From a virus: 64,000 nt of DNA. The DNA lies in IMG/VR virus record IMGVR_UViG_3300027752_001458, positions 45,676 to 109,675 of that record; one strand, given 5' to 3'. The notes beneath the pieces are model-generated. The model saw only the letters and a program-made list of their open reading frames with translations, was not told where the DNA came from and made no database searches. Position numbers and translations under genes: made by a program. This document shows, piece after piece, positions 58,110 to 64,000 of this stretch; positions within the stretch are counted from its first letter, which is position 1; every line of letters starts with the position of its first letter.

Positions 58110-58751
58110 ATGGCAGATTTATTTGGAAACAAAAATAAGTTCGGTGTTCCGGTAGATGAAAGTGGCACAGCAGGCATCCTCATGCCTAAACTCAAATTTC
58201 GATTTAGAGTTAAGGTTGAAGGTTTCGGCAACGAGAACCGTGCTACAGAATTTACACAGAACGTTATGAATGTCAGCAGACCTAAAATTAATTTTGAAGA
58301 AGTAGAAATTCATTCTTACAACTCTAAAGTTTATGTACAAGGCAAGCACACATGGGAAACAATTCAACTTGTTATTCGTGATGATATTCAGAACACCGTA
58401 TCTAGATTAGCTGGTAAGCAAGTCCAAAGACAGTTAAACCACTTTAATCAACAGTCACCGTTGGCTGGATCAGATTATAAGTTTAATACTAGACTTGAGA
58501 TACTAGATGGTCAAAGCACAGCACCTATGGAAACATGGGGAATGGAAGGTTGTTTCTTACAAAATGTTGATTACAGTGATTCCGACTATTCAACCAACGA
58601 ACCAGTAACAGTTACTATGACTATCAGATTTGATAACGCAGTACATGTTGCAGGCGATGGTCAGGGTGGTGGTTCATCTAGAGCTGGTGGTACAGCAGAT
58701 ATATTCGCTGAAACGAACGTATTTACTGCAACTGGCGATGATACAGCATAG
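58110..58751 (+). CDS. gp19: Tail tube protein
   Basis: PKLKFRFRV, GKHTWE, W-x3-GCF, IRFDNA; follows the sheath gene. Confidence 0.88.
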   Translation: MADLFGNKNKFGVPVDESGTAGILMPKLKFRFRVKVEGFGNENRATEFTQNVMNVSRPKINFEEVEIHSYNSKVYVQGKHTWETIQLVIRDDIQNTVSRLAGKQVQRQLNHFNQQSPLAGSDYKFNTRLEILDGQSTAPMETWGMEGCFLQNVDYSDSDYSTNEPVTVTMTIRFDNAVHVAGDGQGGGSSRAGGTADIFAETNVFTATGDDTA

Positions 58752-58774
58752 TAAGACTACAATAGGGTAAAATA

Positions 58775-60019
58775 ATGGCTTTTGATTGGAAACAGTTAGT
58801 AAAAACCGGGTTGCGTGAATGGGAAACCAGACAGAGCGACCCGACTAAGCTAGACTCGGACAATGACCCATATACATATGGAGATGGCCCCGGTAAATTC
58901 CTTCAAGGAATAAACCATGCTACTCCATTTAACCCAAGCAACAATCCAGTAAGACAGAAGTTTAACGGGTATGTTAATTTTCACTTTAACGGTGATATTG
59001 ATATACCCGGTATTTCTGATTTAAGCAAGTCCGGACAACAAACAACACTTAGCAGTATGATTAAAACTGCTGACATACCTAGTGCAGAAATACAAACTGA
59101 CGTAAAAAACCAATACAACAAGAAACGAATTACTGTAACTCATGCAGAATTTAAGCCCATAACAATATCGGCTTATGATACTGTGGACAGTGCTTGGGTT
59201 ATTTTGTTAATGAGAATGTATTCGCACCTATTTTCAAATGCTATGGGACAGTATGATTTTGATACAACAGGAAAAGCAACTCCTAGGAAAATCCCATATG
59301 ATGTAGTACCTAGTGCAATACCGACAGGTAGCACAGAAGGCCCAACATACGGATTTAATAGTACATATTCAGATAACAACATGGGCTATAATTTAAGACC
59401 TGGAAAAGAAAAATATATGGTATCACATATAGACATAGTAATGTTTCATGCACAACGAACCATAGTGTACACTATGTTCAATCCTATAGTAACAGGCTTC
59501 ACTGTAGACGGAATAGATCATGCGTCATCAGACGCAGTTATGATTAACATGGATATCACTTACGAAAACTTCACTATCAGTCCTGTTGTTAATGGATTTA
59601 TTCCAGAATCAGACATGGCACGTTTTTTAGTCTCTGGTAGCGGGGACAAAGAATTATATAAAGGAGCCAGAGAAGTAGGCAACGATATTGCGGCAGGTCA
59701 GATTGCAGGAACACAGAGTGGCCAGCAAACAAGTAAAATGGCATCTCTAAAATCAAAAACATTAGGGTACTTAGCATCCGGAAATGGACAGAATTCAACG
59801 AGTAGATTAACAACAGACCAAAACAACAATTTTTGGAAAACAGTTGCCCAACCTGCAGGACAGGCACAAGCAAATCCAGGCGGTCAACAGTCAGACCCAG
59901 CCGATACAGAATCAAACAAAACGTATACAGTAAATGGTGAAGTAGTCACTAAAGAAGAGTACGATGAAGCAACAAGAATAGCGGCTAAGATTGGCGCGAC
60001 ACCCGGATCGTTCTCATAA
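58775..60019 (+). CDS. Tail-tube-like protein (gp54/gp19 paralog)
   Basis: KTADIPS, KNQYNKKR, PITISAYD, ITYE. Confidence 0.65.
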   Translation: MAFDWKQLVKTGLREWETRQSDPTKLDSDNDPYTYGDGPGKFLQGINHATPFNPSNNPVRQKFNGYVNFHFNGDIDIPGISDLSKSGQQTTLSSMIKTADIPSAEIQTDVKNQYNKKRITVTHAEFKPITISAYDTVDSAWVILLMRMYSHLFSNAMGQYDFDTTGKATPRKIPYDVVPSAIPTGSTEGPTYGFNSTYSDNNMGYNLRPGKEKYMVSHIDIVMFHAQRTIVYTMFNPIVTGFTVDGIDHASSDAVMINMDITYENFTISPVVNGFIPESDMARFLVSGSGDKELYKGAREVGNDIAAGQIAGTQSGQQTSKMASLKSKTLGYLASGNGQNSTSRLTTDQNNNFWKTVAQPAGQAQANPGGQQSDPADTESNKTYTVNGEVVTKEEYDEATRIAAKIGATPGSFS

Positions 60020-60453
60020 TGTTAAGTATGTATGAAACATTCGGCAACGAAATAAGTTACGAGAAAAGACGAGACAAAGTTGTACAGTTCTTAGAGAATA
60101 GTACGATTGCTTTTCCATTGCCTGAGGCAAGTGTAGATATATTAACTACAATGCTAGAAGGTCAGAACCCAAACGGTATGGACGCAACTAAAATACAAAT
60201 GGTTGAAGGTCGTTTAGAAGATATCGGATTTAACAAGCCTACAGCAACAACACTTGCACAGGCATTAATTAAGGTTGCACATCAGCAAGGTGTACACCCT
60301 ATATCATACTTCGAACTAAATGAAAGTAGTATAAAGTTAGCAGAAAACACATATAAAGCATTGAACACAATCAGACCAAAAGGCAATCTTGTTGGTTTAA
60401 CAGTTGAGAAACAAAACAAATTCAGTAAAATTGCTAATTTAATCAGGCCGTAA
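60019..60453 (+). CDS. Hypothetical virion-module protein
   Basis: TAATG coupling to the upstream gene. Confidence 0.65.
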   Translation: MLSMYETFGNEISYEKRRDKVVQFLENSTIAFPLPEASVDILTTMLEGQNPNGMDATKIQMVEGRLEDIGFNKPTATTLAQALIKVAHQQGVHPISYFELNESSIKLAENTYKALNTIRPKGNLVGLTVEKQNKFSKIANLIRP

Positions 60454-60462
60454 GGACTTAGC

Positions 60463-60924
60463 ATGGCGTCTAAATATTCCCAAGGAAAATACATTGTCGA
60501 GAATCCTAGTAAGTATATAGGATCAAAGGCACCCTTTGCTCGTAGCAGTTGGGAAACGGCGTTTATGAGGTTCTGTGATAGCCATCCAAACATAATCAAG
60601 TGGGCAAGTGAGAACGTTAAGATACCTTATATGCATCCTTTCACAGGAAAGATAACTAACTATGTACCCGACTTTATGGTTCAATATGAAGATAAGAACG
60701 GTAAAACACGAGTAGAGTTAATCGAAGTTAAGCCTAAAAGCCAAACTGTAATTGAAAATGCTAGAGGCAGGGGCGACAAGTTAGCAACACAAATTAATGC
60801 TGTAAAATGGGAAGCCGCCGCGGCATGGGCAAAAAGTAAAGGTATACATTTTAAAGTTATTACTGAAGATCAGATATTTAACAAGCCTAAACGAACTACC
60901 AAACCAAGACGCAAAATGCGTTAA
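60463..60924 (+). CDS. gp4: Head completion nuclease
   Basis: NPSKYIG, RSSWE, WASE, YVPDF, IEVKP, NAVKWEAA. Confidence 0.92.
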   Translation: MASKYSQGKYIVENPSKYIGSKAPFARSSWETAFMRFCDSHPNIIKWASENVKIPYMHPFTGKITNYVPDFMVQYEDKNGKTRVELIEVKPKSQTVIENARGRGDKLATQINAVKWEAAAAWAKSKGIHFKVITEDQIFNKPKRTTKPRRKMR

Positions 60925-60942
60925 CAACAACTAAATACTGTT

Positions 60943-61431
60943 ATGACAAAGAAACTTGAAGAAGAATTTAATTTACCATCTATAGAAGACGCATTAGCAA
61001 CTGACGAAGTTGAAAAGTTTGATGTGCAACCTAAACCTGAAATGTTTGAAATAGCTGAAGTTGAGAAAGCACTTAGTAATGCAGAAAAGATAGACCATGC
61101 ACTACGAAATGTTGAAGGCTTGGACGACCATAACATTGACATGGATAGTATTGCCCAACAAGCAACAGACAGTTTTCAGCAGTTAATGAATTTAGGCATG
61201 AATGTTAGTGATAGAGATGCAGGTAGTATATTTGACAGTGCGTCTAAAATGTTAAACACAGCATTAACGGCAAAAGACAGTAAAATTAATTCAAAGTTAA
61301 AGCAAATTGATATGATGATTAAGAAAGCAAGATTGGATAACAATGCTGGAACAGGTTCTAGTAGTGATTCAAGCCCAGAACAAACGTTTGATAGAAACGA
61401 GTTGTTAAAGATTATCAATAATAAAGATTAA
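60943..61431 (+). CDS. Probable terminase small subunit (gp16-like)
   Basis: Helical protein with terminal DRNELLK; near gp17. Confidence 0.6.
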   Translation: MTKKLEEEFNLPSIEDALATDEVEKFDVQPKPEMFEIAEVEKALSNAEKIDHALRNVEGLDDHNIDMDSIAQQATDSFQQLMNLGMNVSDRDAGSIFDSASKMLNTALTAKDSKINSKLKQIDMMIKKARLDNNAGTGSSSDSSPEQTFDRNELLKIINNKD

Positions 61432-62042
61432 ATTCTCCAAGGTACTAGTTTAAACCTTTCTTTAGGCAATCCCAAAAACGTAGTAGTCCATGCACTTTGC
61501 CCAACAAAGTCTAAGTGAGCCCATTCATCCTTTCTAAGCAGTTTAGTTTTTGCAACATCGTTCCAGTCGTGTTCTTCGATTGCTAGTTCTATGGTCTCTT
61601 TCATTTCTAATACATTGCTTAAATTATGACAGTCCCATTCAAAGTGAAACAATTCCATACAGTTACTTTTTGAGTCAACATAATCTATACTAATGTCTAT
61701 CCCCCACTTGGGTTTTAGGTTAATCATTTTATATAGTAGTGGCATACCTGGTGCCCAATGACTTAGTTGTTCCAATGCATACCCGTGATAACCTTTACGT
61801 TCATATAAGTCTGCATGATTAATATGAGCACCTGTTTTTATCTTATCGTTGATATACCAGTCTTGTTTTATATTGGCATTATATGTATTTGCGTCAGCAT
61901 ATTCTTGCTCAAGCAAACATAAGTCATATCCGCTTTGGTCGAACCGCTGTAGGGCATCTGCGTTGGGACAAACCATGTTTTCAATAGCCGCACCCCATGT
62001 GCCTTGTTGGTTAAATTTATTTTGAGTTAGTTTAAACTGCAT
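61428..62042 (-). CDS. Hypothetical protein
   Basis: 204-aa ORF with a CATAAATA late promoter. Confidence 0.65.
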   Translation of the reverse strand: MQFKLTQNKFNQQGTWGAAIENMVCPNADALQRFDQSGYDLCLLEQEYADANTYNANIKQDWYINDKIKTGAHINHADLYERKGYHGYALEQLSHWAPGMPLLYKMINLKPKWGIDISIDYVDSKSNCMELFHFEWDCHNLSNVLEMKETIELAIEEHDWNDVAKTKLLRKDEWAHLDFVGQSAWTTTFLGLPKERFKLVPWRI

Positions 62043-62087
62043 ACTTTTAGTATTTATGATAAATAAGTGTAACAGGAGTTTTAGACT

Positions 62088-62792
62088 ATGAGAGAACTAA
62101 AAGACATCATTTCTGAATCATTCAGTAAAGAGTACGGCTACAAAATTAAAGTTGCCAAAGATTGCTCTAGTGAAGATTTAGCAAAATTAGAAGCAATATT
62201 GTCAAAGTACAATGTTGTAAGTGCTACTCCTTGGAAGAGAGCACCTATTCAAGAGAACCCAATTGAGTTTTCAAGATTGAAAGGCGCACACTTTACAAGT
62301 GAAGTAAGTAGTACAGACGTTATATTGAAGTACCCAGTCAATGATAGAGTACTAGAAGTATACGTTGCGGTAAACTTAGGCGTAGACCATGAACGTGTGT
62401 TATGTTATGCTGTTAAAGATCCGCGTAAAGCAGAATCGGAAATAGCCGCAGAAGTAGCGACTAGCGATGTAGACAGGCACGTCAACGAAGACGATGCAGA
62501 GTTAACAAAAGAAGAACAAGCACATTATGAAGCAGAAAACGTTGATGTCGATTTCAGTGAAGCATTGTTCGGTGAAGAGTACAATACAAAATTCCTAAAA
62601 GAGCTACAAAGAATTAAAGACGAGAAAGGTGCAGATTACTTCCGTAACTATCCTACTAAGGATAACTTAATGGGTGAGAAGCATGCCGCAACAATGGACA
62701 CATTGATGAACACTCCAAACATGGGTAAAGGCGCTGAATCAACAAAGCATGTACATGACGTAAGTCAAACTAGAGGCGCAAGAAGCTCGTGA
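62088..62792 (+). CDS. Hypothetical protein
   Basis: GATAAATA promoter, AGGAG RBS. Confidence 0.7.
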   Translation: MRELKDIISESFSKEYGYKIKVAKDCSSEDLAKLEAILSKYNVVSATPWKRAPIQENPIEFSRLKGAHFTSEVSSTDVILKYPVNDRVLEVYVAVNLGVDHERVLCYAVKDPRKAESEIAAEVATSDVDRHVNEDDAELTKEEQAHYEAENVDVDFSEALFGEEYNTKFLKELQRIKDEKGADYFRNYPTKDNLMGEKHAATMDTLMNTPNMGKGAESTKHVHDVSQTRGARSS

Positions 62793-63187
62793 ATGATATA
62801 GACTTAAATAAGCGATTACTTGAAGCGTGTGATCCAGGTGTTTCAGACGGCACTGCCGAAAGTCACTCTTACAAAAAAGAATTCAGTACACAAACAGGGT
62901 CTGTTGTTGTTGATGCAAGTGCTGATTCAGTTGACGAACTTAAAATGTTATTACAAAAAGTTGGTATTACATTACCCGGTGGTGAACCAGCGGCGACTCA
63001 AATGCATTACGCAGATCCAATTGAGCATGACCATGCTGAAGAGCCAATGCAAGTTGTTAGTGTTGATGTAGACGATGAACAAGAAGAACCTGTAAATCCA
63101 TACAACAGCGGCACACCAGATAAGCAAGTTTTAACCAACATCATTAGAGATAAACTTAAAGCATATCTCATGAACGGTTCTAAATAA
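62789..63187 (+). CDS. Acidic hypothetical protein
   Basis: GTGA overlap with the upstream stop. Confidence 0.6.
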   Translation: MNDIDLNKRLLEACDPGVSDGTAESHSYKKEFSTQTGSVVVDASADSVDELKMLLQKVGITLPGGEPAATQMHYADPIEHDHAEEPMQVVSVDVDDEQEEPVNPYNSGTPDKQVLTNIIRDKLKAYLMNGSK

Positions 63188-63223
63188 CAACAATCCCCCA
63201 CATAAATCTACATAAATAACTGT

Positions 63224-64000
63224 ATGCCAAAAGGAACAGTAGGTACAGAGCTTGTAAAAGGCGCATACGATAGAGTTAGTTATGACGCAACAATGCTGAA
63301 AGAATTTCAGGAATGTTGTGACCATGATACTGGCCCATCATTCTTTATGAATAACTTTGTAAAGATTCAACATCCTACAAAGGGCGGTATATCATTTACC
63401 CCGTTTGATTATCAGGACGACCTTATTGAAAACTACAACACATATAGATACAGTATTAACATGCTGGGCAGACAGATGGGTAAGACCACTGTTGCCGCAG
63501 GCTATCTTTTGTGGTTTGCTATGTTTAGACCAGACAGTACAATACTAGTTGCGGCCCACAAGGCGGCAGGCGCAATGGAAATTATGCAACGTATACGATA
63601 TGCATACGAAAGTGTACCTGATCATATTAGGGCAGGTGTAACTGAATATAACAAAATGAGCATAACGTTTGATAACGGAAGTAGAATTGTAGCAAGTACT
63701 ACAACTGAGAATACTGGACGTGGTATGTCGTTAACATTAGTTTACTTAGATGAGTTTGCATTTGTACCTCCACGTATTGCCGCAGAATTTTGGACAGCAC
63801 TATCTCCGACACTTAGTACAGGCGGTAAGTGTATTGTAACTAGCACACCTAACAGTGACGAAGACACGTTTGCTAGTATTTGGCACCAGTCACAGAAAAC
63901 AATTGATGAGTATGGCAATGAACTAGAATTAGGTATTAATGGTTTTAAAGGCTACATGGCTACTTGGGACCAACATCCTGATAGAGACCAAGAATGGGCA
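63224..64000 (+). CDS. gp17: Terminase large subunit (3' truncated by the window)
   Basis: Own translation: IQHPTKG, FDYQ, GRQMGKTT Walker A, GRGMS, LDEFAFV, STPN. Confidence 0.95.
   Translation, partial: MPKGTVGTELVKGAYDRVSYDATMLKEFQECCDHDTGPSFFMNNFVKIQHPTKGGISFTPFDYQDDLIENYNTYRYSINMLGRQMGKTTVAAGYLLWFAMFRPDSTILVAAHKAAGAMEIMQRIRYAYESVPDHIRAGVTEYNKMSITFDNGSRIVASTTTENTGRGMSLTLVYLDEFAFVPPRIAAEFWTALSPTLSTGGKCIVTSTPNSDEDTFASIWHQSQKTIDEYGNELELGINGFKGYMATWDQHPDRDQEWA

Noticed and set aside
1-64000. Stop-codon reassignment
   Set aside because: Core genes are full length in code 11; TAA, TAG and TGA all end genes; no suppressor tRNA seen

Overview
AT-rich segment of a large T4-like myophage genome, probably aquatic. 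It covers the late sigma factor gp55, gp47/gp46, baseplate, tape measure, head (gp20/21/22/23), two fibre genes, neck (gp13/14/15), sheath/tube (gp18/19), gp4, gp16 and the 5' part of gp17, in an order rearranged relative to T4. Accessory blocks are: a GIY-YIG gene followed by ~520 nt of structured non-coding DNA with a consensus sigma70 promoter; a lipoprotein/FG-GAP/autotransporter-like gene; a curli (csgF-csgG-2 curlin-like)/FecR/lipoprotein/CHASE2 adenylate cyclase locus; and three tRNAs with a repeat peptide, fpr, three tandem B12-radical SAM genes and fabZ. Reading outside the ORF track gave two probable programmed -1 frameshifts (10746-10755 and 38332-38338), an unlisted 41-aa ORF with a TGTAACA-repeat leader, and a recurrent TAA(A/G)TA-N5-ATG layout implying leaderless late mRNAs. 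All family assignments come from motifs read by eye; no searches were run.
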